Origin: a virus
Length of the DNA: 64,000 bases
Reading direction: 5' to 3' (one strand)
Virus record (IMG/VR): IMGVR_UViG_3300027782_000032
Coordinates: 126,372 to 190,371 of that record
Made by a program: the position numbers and the translations under genes. Numbering within the stretch: the first letter of the stretch is position 1; every line of letters starts with the position of its first letter. The notes under the pieces were generated by a model. The model ran no database searches, was not told the origin of the DNA, and was given only the letters and a program-made list of their open reading frames with translations. This document shows positions 44,456-54,391 of this stretch, piece after piece.

Positions 44456-46321
44456 ATGCTGTATCCGTCAGAACCATACTCGTCCTCTACCCTCTCAGAG
44501 ATTCTGTATAACATGATTAGTACTCCAAACCCAACAGATAAAGCCTCTAAAAGCCAAAAGAGCTTAGACGAAGTAGTAGCCAGAATAAAACAGGGGGCTA
44601 TTCCTAACCTATCCTGTATTCTACCAGCAATACTCAATCTCGATGGTAAACCCTACAGCTTAGAAAAGCACTATCAATTTGAGTCGCTCTTCAATGTTTA
44701 TATGCCTAGGCGCACCATATTGAAGACTGGGCGTCAGGTTGGTAAAAGCACGGTTATCTCGGCGCATGGAGTTATAACTTGTGCCACTATACCTTACTTT
44801 AGAAACCTTTATATTACTCCTTTGTTTGAACAGGTGCGCCGCCTGTCCAGTAACTACGTTCGCCCTTTTATAGAGCAGTCTCCGGTTAAATCAGTATTGA
44901 TAGGCCCAGAGACAGAGAACAGTGTTTTGCAGCGAAGCTTTCGCAACAACAGCATGATGCAGTTCTCATTTGCCTTACTCGACGCCGACCGAGTGCGTGG
45001 TATTCGGGCTGATCAAGTGGTTATTGACGAAGTACAGGATATGGACGGTGACCATATACCTGTTATCCGTGAAACCATGTCAGCTAGCGAATGGGGAACC
45101 ATGAAGATAGCTGGAACCCCTAAGACACTTGATAATACCATTGAAAGGGAATGGCTATCATCTTCACAGGCTGAGTGGTGTATAACCTGTAGCGCCTGCA
45201 AGTATCTAAATGTTTCGTCTGTTAATCATGACCTTATTGCCATGATTGGCCCGGTTAGGGCTGATATATGCGAAGAACGACCCGGCACAGTTTGCGCTAA
45301 GTGCTTCGCTATTATCCATCCCAGAAATGGAAGATGGATTCACAAACATCCTGAAAGAAGGTTAAACTATGCTGGCTATCATATTCCGCAACCAATTATG
45401 CATATTCACTACTCACGACCTGATAAGTGGGCTGAGTTGAATGCAAAGAGAGAAGGGATGGGAAACTATACGCATGAGAAATTCTTAAACGAAGTATTAG
45501 GTGAAAGCTCTGGAGCAGGTTTACAGCTTGTGTCCATGCTTGAACTGCAAGCAGCTTCAAATCCAGATCTTAAAAATAATCCTAGAGATCCATCTGCCAA
45601 CTGTAAGGAAGAACTACTAAGAAAGTACGCACATCGAGTTCTCGCGGTTGACTGGGGAGGTGGCGGTGAGAAAGGCGTAAGCTTGACCGTGCTTGCTGTA
45701 ATGGGAATTACGGCTACAGGTTTAATAGAGGTAATATGGGCAAAGAGGTTACTTACGCCTCATGACCATATGGCTGAAGCTGCAGAGTGTCTAAAGATTT
45801 ACAGAATGTACAAATGCGAGTTTATAACTCATGACTTCTCAGGAGCAGGTGTAGTCAGAGAGACAGTGCTTGTTCAGTCAGGAATATCTCCATCTAGCTT
45901 GCTTCCAGTGCAGTACGTTAGGGCTGCTAGCAAAGGTATGTTTACCTATGTTCCAGCCGCTCCAGCTCATCCTAGGCCTCACTACAGAGCTGATAAGACT
46001 AGAAGCCTGCTTACTACATGTTCTGCAATTAGAACCAAGAAGATACGATTCTTTGCCTACGATTATATTAGCTCTGAAGATCCTGGACTTATTCAAGACT
46101 TCCTAGCCTTAATTGAGAACAAGACTACTACAGCTGCTGGATCTGACATATACACTATTCAGAGAAACCCAGCCATGTCTGATGACTTTGCTCAGTCAGT
46201 AAACATTGGAGCTTTGTGCTTATGGCACATGACAGGAAGATGGCCTGACTTCAAGACAGACAAGTACTCTATAACTAGAGAGCAGTCTATGGAGTCTGGA
46301 ATGTCCGGTTGGAACACTTAA
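44456..46321 (+). CDS. terL: terminase large subunit (GpA-like, with Zn finger)
   Basis: TGRQVGKS, RVRGIRADQVVIDEVQD, AGTP, CSAC and CAKC, VLAVDWG, THDFSG, DDFAQS; start may be 44513. Confidence 0.85.
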   Translation: MLYPSEPYSSSTLSEILYNMISTPNPTDKASKSQKSLDEVVARIKQGAIPNLSCILPAILNLDGKPYSLEKHYQFESLFNVYMPRRTILKTGRQVGKSTVISAHGVITCATIPYFRNLYITPLFEQVRRLSSNYVRPFIEQSPVKSVLIGPETENSVLQRSFRNNSMMQFSFALLDADRVRGIRADQVVIDEVQDMDGDHIPVIRETMSASEWGTMKIAGTPKTLDNTIEREWLSSSQAEWCITCSACKYLNVSSVNHDLIAMIGPVRADICEERPGTVCAKCFAIIHPRNGRWIHKHPERRLNYAGYHIPQPIMHIHYSRPDKWAELNAKREGMGNYTHEKFLNEVLGESSGAGLQLVSMLELQAASNPDLKNNPRDPSANCKEELLRKYAHRVLAVDWGGGGEKGVSLTVLAVMGITATGLIEVIWAKRLLTPHDHMAEAAECLKIYRMYKCEFITHDFSGAGVVRETVLVQSGISPSSLLPVQYVRAASKGMFTYVPAAPAHPRPHYRADKTRSLLTTCSAIRTKKIRFFAYDYISSEDPGLIQDFLALIENKTTTAAGSDIYTIQRNPAMSDDFAQSVNIGALCLWHMTGRWPDFKTDKYSITREQSMESGMSGWNT

Positions 46322-48810
46322 AGCTTGGTAGACCACTCATCCCAATTAATTGGGTCTATTACCCAGCAAGGTATTCTTGTGTCTGGATTGTTAGCGTAGT
46401 CTAGTATCGTCTTAGTAGCCAGTAGCGATTGTGCCAGTCTACTGGGCTCTAGCAGCGGTATGTTGTGAGCTTTACATGCGTTAAAGAGCTCTCTGCATTC
46501 CATCCATATATATTCACCAAACTTGACTACTCTTGTTGACTTACGCTTACAAGACTTTTCAAAGTAACCCATATTGATGAACTTACCACATAGAGCAGTG
46601 AACGAGTTGGTTATAGACTTGTTCAGGCTGTTTGATAAGTCTGAGTCTATCATGGTAGCTCCCATGATTAAGCCGTGAGTGGCTATCTTGTTTGCGTTGC
46701 ACCAGTCTTCCAATGCATTAACTGTTTTGTGGATCAGATCGAATCCGGCTGTTTTATAACCGCACTTAGCCATCCAAGATAGAAAGTTTAGAGATAATTT
46801 GTTTAGTGCTGACTCTGTGTCTCTTGTTATCTCTACAGCACTTGGCCTAAGGTATACCCATCTAGATATGGTTCTACAGCCAAGAAGCGCCATGTAGTCC
46901 ATTGAAATTATGCAGTTTCTAGCCCCTGTAGCCTTTTCTACTCCAAGCCTTTGAATAGGCGCGTCAGGCTTATCTGGAGCTATCACTACAGGTAATGTGC
47001 TTTTGGTTTCGTCGGCTAGGGTCGTAGATATGACTGACTTGGTAAATACAGGGCCTGTAAGTTTATTCGTATAGCACCCCAGTTTATTTCCAATAAATTT
47101 AATATCTTCAAAAGATTCTGGGTCTACCCCTATACCTACTGTGCCTAGTCCTATCTTGCTAGCTATTGCGTTAGCCATGCAAGGTATTATTACAGCCCAC
47201 ACCAATGCCGATTTCTCATCTGACAGAGCTCCTTTTTCAAAGGCTGTCATAGGCTCGTTAATAAAGCATTCAGTTCCGTTAAGCTTCCTATAGGTGTTTA
47301 TGTCTGTTATCTCGCCTTTTGAGCCTATTTCGAACTTGTAGAAGCTATACTCTATGTCTTGCTTCTCTGCTGCTATAGCTGTAAGTACTTCTCTATCAGG
47401 AGGCTTAGACATCAGAGCTATCTTTGCTGCTACTTTAGAGTATCTGTTGTTACACACAGGTAGCTGCATATCGTTTTTAATACAGAATGCTTTAAGCCAC
47501 TTTGAAAAGTTTTGATCTATAGCTGTCATGTTAGCTTTAAACGGAGCTTCTACTCCTCCACACTTTACCCTTCCTGTGTAGTAGTTCTTAGATCCCTCTA
47601 TGGCTATCTTGTCTATTTTAAGAATAGCATCGCACATTAGCTTTTCTTTGCAGTAGATTCCGTCTGGTCTTTCTTCGTAGCTAACTCCATCGTAGGTTAC
47701 TCTTGCCCAGCCTACGTCCAGTGGAGACGTCTCCACTTTCTTCTTAACAACACCAGAGGCATGGACCTTAGCTATCCACTTTGAAGGACCCATCCATCCA
47801 GCTTCCCAAGACCCTGGGTTTTGAGATACTCTTATAACCGAGCTAAAGGCTGATAGTGTTTCAGCTTTTTCACCTACTACTGTAATAACTTTGTTTTCAG
47901 AACTTAGCACTCTCCATGCATCCGACAGTCTTGATTCGTCTTCAGGTATGGCTAGTATTGGTGGAAAGCTGTTGTGCCTATCTACGTAGTCTAAGGCAAG
48001 CCTTACAGTATCTATCATGTCTCCGCTCACAACTAAGTTATCATGGCTTGACCTTAAGGCTTCCTCTAGGAACAGCATTCCGCATTCATTGTCGTGAGGA
48101 CCCCATAGTTTATAGGACATGTGCCTACACACTACTCTTAGATCTGGGCTGGCAAGGTTTCCTATAATTACAAGCGTCTTTATTCTTCCTGGCATGTCAA
48201 AGGCTGGTATTACACATACTTCGTCCCATCCTTCTCCTGTAAATGTTCGGTTGTTTCCTAGGTTTACGTGGTCATGCCCGTTGTTTGACATAGTAAGTGC
48301 TTTATCTACGTCTAACTTATTGCAAAATCCTACAAGAGTGCTTCCTAGCGCTTCCCAGTTATGCCCTATTTTTAGACCCATCTTAGCAGCTATAACCCTG
48401 TGGTCTGGTAGCATATTCTTGCTGTTTTCTTTACACTTCTCCCATAACTCAAGCACTTTGACTCTCATGCCTATTGTTCGTATTAGGTAGTCTTGAACCT
48501 TTTTACCGTAATTTGCTGGTGAGTCGTCTATATCCCCGCTAGCCACTAACGCTGCAATAGCTTCGCTTACAGTTATTTTAAGCTTTCCAGCCATAAGCTC
48601 TATCATGTCTCCAGACTTGCGGCATGACTTACAGTAAAACCATTGTCCTGTTGTGGAGTAATCGTCATATATGGTAAGATTGCTTGGGCAGAAAGCGCAC
48701 GGTATTTCAATTGGTAGCGCGCTGCTACTGGGTTTGATGTTTAGAATAGACATCACCTTGTTCCAACTAACACCGGCATGGAAGTTTAAACTAATCGGAG
48801 TATTTGCCAT
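46318..48810 (-). CDS. large protein with N-terminal CHC2-type primase zinc finger, probably a degenerate primase-like protein
   Basis: IPCAFCP and QWFYCKSCRKSGDMIELMAGKLKITVSEAIAAL; no intact TOPRIM acidic motif or Walker A seen. Confidence 0.55.
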   Translation of the reverse strand: MANTPISLNFHAGVSWNKVMSILNIKPSSSALPIEIPCAFCPSNLTIYDDYSTTGQWFYCKSCRKSGDMIELMAGKLKITVSEAIAALVASGDIDDSPANYGKKVQDYLIRTIGMRVKVLELWEKCKENSKNMLPDHRVIAAKMGLKIGHNWEALGSTLVGFCNKLDVDKALTMSNNGHDHVNLGNNRTFTGEGWDEVCVIPAFDMPGRIKTLVIIGNLASPDLRVVCRHMSYKLWGPHDNECGMLFLEEALRSSHDNLVVSGDMIDTVRLALDYVDRHNSFPPILAIPEDESRLSDAWRVLSSENKVITVVGEKAETLSAFSSVIRVSQNPGSWEAGWMGPSKWIAKVHASGVVKKKVETSPLDVGWARVTYDGVSYEERPDGIYCKEKLMCDAILKIDKIAIEGSKNYYTGRVKCGGVEAPFKANMTAIDQNFSKWLKAFCIKNDMQLPVCNNRYSKVAAKIALMSKPPDREVLTAIAAEKQDIEYSFYKFEIGSKGEITDINTYRKLNGTECFINEPMTAFEKGALSDEKSALVWAVIIPCMANAIASKIGLGTVGIGVDPESFEDIKFIGNKLGCYTNKLTGPVFTKSVISTTLADETKSTLPVVIAPDKPDAPIQRLGVEKATGARNCIISMDYMALLGCRTISRWVYLRPSAVEITRDTESALNKLSLNFLSWMAKCGYKTAGFDLIHKTVNALEDWCNANKIATHGLIMGATMIDSDLSNSLNKSITNSFTALCGKFINMGYFEKSCKRKSTRVVKFGEYIWMECRELFNACKAHNIPLLEPSRLAQSLLATKTILDYANNPDTRIPCWVIDPINWDEWSTKL
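47720..47737. repeat. dispersed palindrome, copy 5 (AGTGGAGACGTCTCCACT)
   Basis: Perfect 18-bp palindrome; read as V-E-T-S-P-L. Confidence 0.95.
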
Positions 48811-49927
48811 GATCTTAGACCAATCTAATGATGGAGCTGGAGTAGGGTTGCATAGTATGACCAAGCTTTACGAAGTTCCTGAGTTTGTTAAGTCAGCTTC
48901 TACGTCGGACATTACAGGACAAGGAGGCAACCTAGCTCCTAACGTTTATGGCGACACTAGGACTTTAAAGTTCCCATGCCACAGCTCACCTGCAACGTAC
49001 GTTTCAATGTCTTACTTTTTAGACCAAGAACAGTCTCTTGGCAAGGTGGCTTCTGTAATCAAGTCACGAATACTTAAAGCTGCTGACTACTTTGGAATCC
49101 GAGCAGACGTCGATAGCCTTGTAGAAAAGCACGCAGCTCTCAGGACACATTCTGAGAACGACCTGTCTGACTCTGACTTCGCTATGGTAGTTAACTTTGA
49201 AGACGGTAACAAGTCTAGAAGCTACCCTTTGCGTAACTCTGGCGAAGTTAAAGCTGCAGCTGATTGGATTGAAAAGTTTGCTGGAGACATAAACTTCCAT
49301 GATAGAAAGATTATATCTAGCAAGATATTAGACAAAGCTTCCGAGTATGGAGTCAAGTTGGACAACGATGATACGTTGAATAAGTTAGCAGCCAATGGCT
49401 TAGTGTCTAGGACTAAAGCCGCCAGCATGCTATTTGACAGAGCTAAGGCTCTTAAGACATTAAAGAAAGACTCAGACATACAGACTATGCTAGCAAAGAC
49501 AGCTCAGCACGTATTAGAGTCTACTGATGCTGATTTAGATAAAGCAGCTTCAATTATAGAATCTGTAGATAAAGAGTATAAGCTTAAGTCTCTAGGTTCT
49601 TATTCTGACCTTTATTCTTTGTCTATTAAGAAAGCTTCAGAAACTTTAGACAGCCATGTTCAGCTTACTAACGGATCTGTATATAAAAAGGCCGCACTTG
49701 AATCTATAGCTCTAGATGAGTTAAGGAGCGTTTTCGGTGAAGAATTCACTGATAGGGTTTCAAGCGGCGGCCTCTTGGTGGACTCTGAGAAACTAGCAGA
49801 AGAGCTTACAACACTTCCTAGGAAGGATGCAGGCTTATTTGATAAGCTTGTAGACAGCCTTGGTGTAAAGACTGCCTACAAGAAAGCATCTTTCGATGCT
49901 ATAAGAGTTGAAGACTTTATTCGGTAG
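48809..49927 (+). CDS. hypothetical protein (372 aa), possibly virion-associated
   Basis: Start moved to MILDQSND (GGAG 8 nt upstream); internal similarity between KFPCHSSPATYVSMSYF and SYPLRNSGEVKAAADWI. Confidence 0.6.
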   Translation: MILDQSNDGAGVGLHSMTKLYEVPEFVKSASTSDITGQGGNLAPNVYGDTRTLKFPCHSSPATYVSMSYFLDQEQSLGKVASVIKSRILKAADYFGIRADVDSLVEKHAALRTHSENDLSDSDFAMVVNFEDGNKSRSYPLRNSGEVKAAADWIEKFAGDINFHDRKIISSKILDKASEYGVKLDNDDTLNKLAANGLVSRTKAASMLFDRAKALKTLKKDSDIQTMLAKTAQHVLESTDADLDKAASIIESVDKEYKLKSLGSYSDLYSLSIKKASETLDSHVQLTNGSVYKKAALESIALDELRSVFGEEFTDRVSSGGLLVDSEKLAEELTTLPRKDAGLFDKLVDSLGVKTAYKKASFDAIRVEDFIR

Positions 49928-51908
49928 AATCAGCAAGCTGATTCAAGAACCTAGATAGATAGCCTATACTGGACTTAACATCACTGATGATGATGTTATT
50001 ACCAGGGCCATACATCTTGTCTCCAAGTGCAGCAGGATAAGCGTTAGCTACTCCGATTGCGTATGTCTCAACGCCAAATCTAGCTCTGGCGTCTTTCCTA
50101 CACATATTAACATGCTCATGAGCAGAGTCGCCTCCGTAATTAGATCCGTTAGGTTGACCGTCAGAGATGACGATCATAACCTTACGTTTGTAATCAGGTC
50201 TTGATTCCTGCAAGTGCTTAGCTGCGTGCCACACAGAATAACCATCAAGGTTATTACCATGACCACACATCTTTAGGATGTTGTCAAGCGGTACGCTAGC
50301 ATCTAGCTCATCGTATATAAGACGCATGTTCATCTCGTCAGAAGAACATACGCCCATATTATGCGCTTCACGAGATGACTCTTGAGCGCTGAAGCCTACT
50401 ACAGTTAGGTCTACGTCTTTGATACCTTTACACAGCTTGGCAAGAATATAGGCAACCTCTGCGGCTTCCCTTATCCTTGACGAGTTGTTTCCGGTCTCGT
50501 TCTTCATAGAACCAGATTGATCTACAAGAAGGCAGATAGCTGTCTTATCTGAGTCACAGTGACTTCTACGGTAAAACACTGTGTCTAAGTCCATACCTAT
50601 TTTGTATAGGCTGTTTGAGTGCAGCCTACCTGAGTTGTATCCAAATATCTTTTTGGATGCCTCTTTAGATTTGAAGCTAAACGAATCTCTAAGCCTTTCT
50701 GTAAATGCTTCTATCATTTGAATCCTAGCAGCGTCAAAGTATTTGGCGTTCTCGTTCTTGCTATCAGGAGGAACCCACACAGCCTTGATTGACAGACCTC
50801 CACCTCCGATACCACAAACTATTGGAACCCCTGGAGGAGAGATAGTGTCTTTCAACTCTGACGTTTTATCACCAGATATTGCATCTATTGAAGAAGCGTC
50901 AAAACAACTAGAGTTGCCTACTTTAGCAAGGCCGAATAGGCTCTCGTCTATTCCTGAGAACTTATCAGCACCTTTCTTTGGCAGAACAGGAGCTGGCTTT
51001 GAGCTTTCTTCTATTAAGCCTTCTTTGCTTAGTATGTTGACCATCTCTTCAGATGGGTCAGTCTCCTCTTGTTCTTCAGGAGCTACGTCGTATAGCTTTC
51101 TAAAGAGCTTAACTACCTCCTCTGCTAGGTACCACCTATCCTTAGGAGTTCTTACACTAGCTAGCCCTTCAGCTATAGCCATCTTACCTTCGTTGTAGCA
51201 ACTTGGGATTTTGATGGGATCATGGCTGTGATACAAGTTCCACGCTAGACCTTTGACAAACGCTTTACTAGACGTTTTGCTTTCAGGTCCAGAACCATCG
51301 TGGTTCTTTAGCAGTTGCTTAATAACCTTTGAAGTTACTACGCTACTTGCTATTGAGTAGTTATCAAAGTATGGCTTGAAACCTCTCCAATCGTTGATAA
51401 CATCTCCCCTAGCTATGGCAAACTCAATAGCCGACCATACGGATTTGACGTCCATATCATCGCTTCTAATAAACTCTTGGTAGGTGTCGTTGTCTATCTG
51501 CCTTTTGAGCTGCGCTGCCATCATAACTTGGCCGCACAAACTGTCTACAACGTCATCTTCTGTAACGCCACCGTCTGCCTTGACCAAGTCGTCAGGGCTG
51601 ATGTAAATGGTGTTGTCACTGATTGTATTAACGTCAGTGCCGTCACTAAACTTAACTGAGAGCTTTCTCTCGTTCTCGTCACCTGAGTTCAGAATGACGT
51701 TAGCCGAACGACCTATAGCGCGTAAACCATCCTCGCATACCTTTTTAGCTTTATCCTGAGGGCTCTGAACTAGAGCCGTCGACGTATAACTTGTGTATGA
51801 ATTGTAGTCATACCCACCATACAAATCGTCATTCCACGACTTCCAGTAGCTTTTTCTACCATAGTCAGCTCTGTATGCTGGATCATTGAACCATTCTTTG
51901 AATCCCAT
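49917..51908 (-). CDS. von Willebrand factor A domain protein (CobT/NorD-like partner)
   Basis: MIDAS ICLLVDQSGSM, VVGFSA, GNNLDG, IVISDGQPN. Confidence 0.85.
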   Translation of the reverse strand: MGFKEWFNDPAYRADYGRKSYWKSWNDDLYGGYDYNSYTSYTSTALVQSPQDKAKKVCEDGLRAIGRSANVILNSGDENERKLSVKFSDGTDVNTISDNTIYISPDDLVKADGGVTEDDVVDSLCGQVMMAAQLKRQIDNDTYQEFIRSDDMDVKSVWSAIEFAIARGDVINDWRGFKPYFDNYSIASSVVTSKVIKQLLKNHDGSGPESKTSSKAFVKGLAWNLYHSHDPIKIPSCYNEGKMAIAEGLASVRTPKDRWYLAEEVVKLFRKLYDVAPEEQEETDPSEEMVNILSKEGLIEESSKPAPVLPKKGADKFSGIDESLFGLAKVGNSSCFDASSIDAISGDKTSELKDTISPPGVPIVCGIGGGGLSIKAVWVPPDSKNENAKYFDAARIQMIEAFTERLRDSFSFKSKEASKKIFGYNSGRLHSNSLYKIGMDLDTVFYRRSHCDSDKTAICLLVDQSGSMKNETGNNSSRIREAAEVAYILAKLCKGIKDVDLTVVGFSAQESSREAHNMGVCSSDEMNMRLIYDELDASVPLDNILKMCGHGNNLDGYSVWHAAKHLQESRPDYKRKVMIVISDGQPNGSNYGGDSAHEHVNMCRKDARARFGVETYAIGVANAYPAALGDKMYGPGNNIIISDVKSSIGYLSRFLNQLADSTE

Positions 51909-51921
51909 AATAATACCTCCA

Positions 51922-51947
51922 AGGACGGCGATATAAACCGCCGTCCT
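51922..51947. terminator. stem-loop between the AAA and VWA genes
   Basis: AGGACGGCG/CGCCGTCCT 9-bp stem. Confidence 0.5.
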
Positions 51948-51962
51948 GCCTTAATTAAAACC

Positions 51963-52919
51963 CTAGAAGCTTGACACAAGATCGCTAGCGGTAGCGGCCT
52001 TAGCCGTATCACCATCGATTGATCCAAACTTACCTTTCAGCATTTCTAGAACCTGAGCCCTCTCAGAGTCTGCACCTGTACCTGCGCTGAAGTGATTGAT
52101 AAGAGAAAAGCGAAGAGTCTTAACACCCCCACGCGTGAACTTACGAGCTGCGTTTAACAGCTCACGCGTGGAAACTGTGTGAGTGAACACGCTATCTATA
52201 CCTTTTGCCTTACGGCGGATAGTATCGGCAATGTCCACTAGTTTAGTGGCGTTATCCACACTGATGTTAGTTCTCTTAACTAGCAGCTCGATCTCGTCTA
52301 CCTTTGACAGGTAAGTGAGCTCTACAACATCGCTGAAGCGAGCACGTAGCGCTCTGTCTAACTTGATTGTACCGGTGTAAGCGGCACCCTCGTTCATAGT
52401 TGCGAACCAAACCAAGCCACCGCCGTCCCTAAGTATTGGTGATGGTTTGCGGTCCTGAATAAAGGTAGACCGATTGGTATCGAGCAACGGTAACAACACG
52501 TTCAGCACCTCGGGTGCCGCCCTGTTGATCTCGTCTAACAATATGACGTGGTTACCGGCAGATACAACCCTATCGAATGGAGATTCTTGCCAAGACATAT
52601 TACCGCCTTTGAGGTCGAAGTGTCCGAACCACTGCTGCGCCTCCGTTACGTTAGCACAATCCATTTTTAGTAATGGTAGCTTATGCATAGCAGCGAACTG
52701 CTTTGCAAACTCGGTCTTACCGCAGCCGGTTGGACCTACCAAAATAACGTTTTGGCTCTCAGACTTACGCTCCTCTTGGAGCACCTCAAACAATTCTTTT
52801 GTATCCTTTGGCATGACATACGTCGAGTCCAGTTCCGGCACGAATGTACCAGTTCTATAGCTGAAACTTGTTTCTTCTGACCTCATATCTACTGAACTCC
52901 TTAAACCATTGAAACCCAT
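51963..52919 (-). CDS. MoxR-family AAA+ ATPase (CobS/CbbQ/NirQ-like)
   Basis: VILVGPTGCGKT, ILLDEINRA, FATMN, YTGT..LDRALRARF; start uncertain (52886-53000). Confidence 0.9.
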   Translation of the reverse strand: MGFNGLRSSVDMRSEETSFSYRTGTFVPELDSTYVMPKDTKELFEVLQEERKSESQNVILVGPTGCGKTEFAKQFAAMHKLPLLKMDCANVTEAQQWFGHFDLKGGNMSWQESPFDRVVSAGNHVILLDEINRAAPEVLNVLLPLLDTNRSTFIQDRKPSPILRDGGGLVWFATMNEGAAYTGTIKLDRALRARFSDVVELTYLSKVDEIELLVKRTNISVDNATKLVDIADTIRRKAKGIDSVFTHTVSTRELLNAARKFTRGGVKTLRFSLINHFSAGTGADSERAQVLEMLKGKFGSIDGDTAKAATASDLVSSF

Positions 52920-52953
52920 TTCGTCCACATTTTTACCAGCTTGCTTTGGTTGA

Positions 52954-53298
52954 TTAATCACAATAATTCTCCTCATCGAATTGGCCAAACAGATCAACAT
53001 AGTCTTCCTCTACCACATCTATGGCAAAGGATGGAAGGCACGCTAACGTAGCGGCCTCCTTTTTTGATAGTAAACTCTTATCAATATAAGGCTCCATCAA
53101 TAGCCGAAAGTACCTATCTACAACTTTCTTGTTGATAGTACTGCAAGGTATAGCTTTAGTCATATCCCAGCTAACTGAACCTAGTAACTTAGCTGGTATA
53201 CTTTTTATACTTTTTAATTGTAGGGCACTTAACGTCTTTATGAACCTATTCTTTATAGCCTTATTATTGAATTGAAGTACTTGCTCCGTGCTTAACAT
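52954..53298 (-). CDS. hypothetical protein
   Basis: 114-aa ORF with AGGAGG RBS. Confidence 0.55.
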   Translation of the reverse strand: MLSTEQVLQFNNKAIKNRFIKTLSALQLKSIKSIPAKLLGSVSWDMTKAIPCSTINKKVVDRYFRLLMEPYIDKSLLSKKEAATLACLPSFAIDVVEEDYVDLFGQFDEENYCD

Positions 53299-53309
53299 AG
53301 CACCTCCTT

Positions 53310-53504
53310 TTAATACTTTCTAAAATCATAGTAAAGTAGAGGGTCTAATTGCCTAGAACAAGATACTATCTTGCCGTTTTTATTCTTAAGAACTGCCGAC
53401 TCATTAGTCTGCATTTCTATAGTGAACCTTTTCTTTAGCTCCTCTAAGCTAAGTACGTTTTTTATTCCGTACTTAGCTTCAAGGTATTCTCTAGGGGCAC
53501 CCAT
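53310..53504 (-). CDS. hypothetical protein
   Basis: 64-aa ORF with GGAGG RBS. Confidence 0.55.
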   Translation of the reverse strand: MGAPREYLEAKYGIKNVLSLEELKKRFTIEMQTNESAVLKNKNGKIVSCSRQLDPLLYYDFRKY

Positions 53505-53515
53505 TTTGGATCCTC

Positions 53516-54391
53516 CTAGTTCTCAGAGAATTTTATACGATTTACTGGCTTCACTTTGTGAGCAGTCAAAGGCTTATCTTCTTTATCATTATTAAGATTA
53601 AATCCTTGTTTCTTAGCAGTCTTCTCTATTAACCTTTTGACCCACCTATCGTGAGCCGACTTGCTTCTGAACGAAGCTTTAGGTTCTTCTTCTATTCTTC
53701 CTTTCTTTGACACCCTGAAGTAATTTACTTCGTATATCTCTCCGTGAATGAAAAGGGTGCACGCAACTAAGTTGGCAATTTCCAACTTACGTATTTCCAC
53801 AGCTGAAGCTGATGAATCAACTCCCTTCTTTACGAAATTATCCATATCACTAATTTGGGGATTTTCGTCATCAAGCTGTATGCATGTAGTTTTGACAGTA
53901 GCTACGTCGTTTTCACACGTAAATTCTACCAATACTGAATCAGGCCTTCCGCCTTTTCTTTTGCTAAGTCCCATGTATTCAGGGAATACTTGAGACCTGA
54001 AGAATGCTCTAGTCCAAATTCTCAAGCTTTTTCTTTTTGAGAATATTGAATCTATAGAGGTATCTACTTCTTTTCCGTTTACAATGGAAGTTATATCTTC
54101 ATTTGACACAGTGATTACTTTTACACAGGTTTTAATTTCTTTTTTATTACTATCTGCCTTAGCCTTATCTGCTTTAAGAAACCCTGAAAATATCTCTTCC
54201 GGTGCTATTTTGTACTTCTTGATATCTTCCTTCATTGACTCCATCTTAGCGTATATGTCGCTCTCAGAATTATGGAGCATTACTATAAGTTCTGGCGTAG
54301 AAACGCCCTTCTTTCTTAAATCTTTTACAGCGTCATCTATTATAGCTATCAGTTTAGCCACTACTTCTTCACGTTCATAATCGTTATCCAT
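53516..54391 (-). CDS. hypothetical protein
   Basis: Start moved to MDNDYE (GGAG RBS). Confidence 0.6.
   Translation of the reverse strand: MDNDYEREEVVAKLIAIIDDAVKDLRKKGVSTPELIVMLHNSESDIYAKMESMKEDIKKYKIAPEEIFSGFLKADKAKADSNKKEIKTCVKVITVSNEDITSIVNGKEVDTSIDSIFSKRKSLRIWTRAFFRSQVFPEYMGLSKRKGGRPDSVLVEFTCENDVATVKTTCIQLDDENPQISDMDNFVKKGVDSSASAVEIRKLEIANLVACTLFIHGEIYEVNYFRVSKKGRIEEEPKASFRSKSAHDRWVKRLIEKTAKKQGFNLNNDKEDKPLTAHKVKPVNRIKFSEN

Noticed and set aside
44380-44637. 85-aa minus-strand membrane ORF, and 44115-44375, as a small terminase subunit
   Set aside because: The first overlaps the terminase 5' end antisense; neither has an HTH or a convincing RBS. At most short peptides, so left uncalled.
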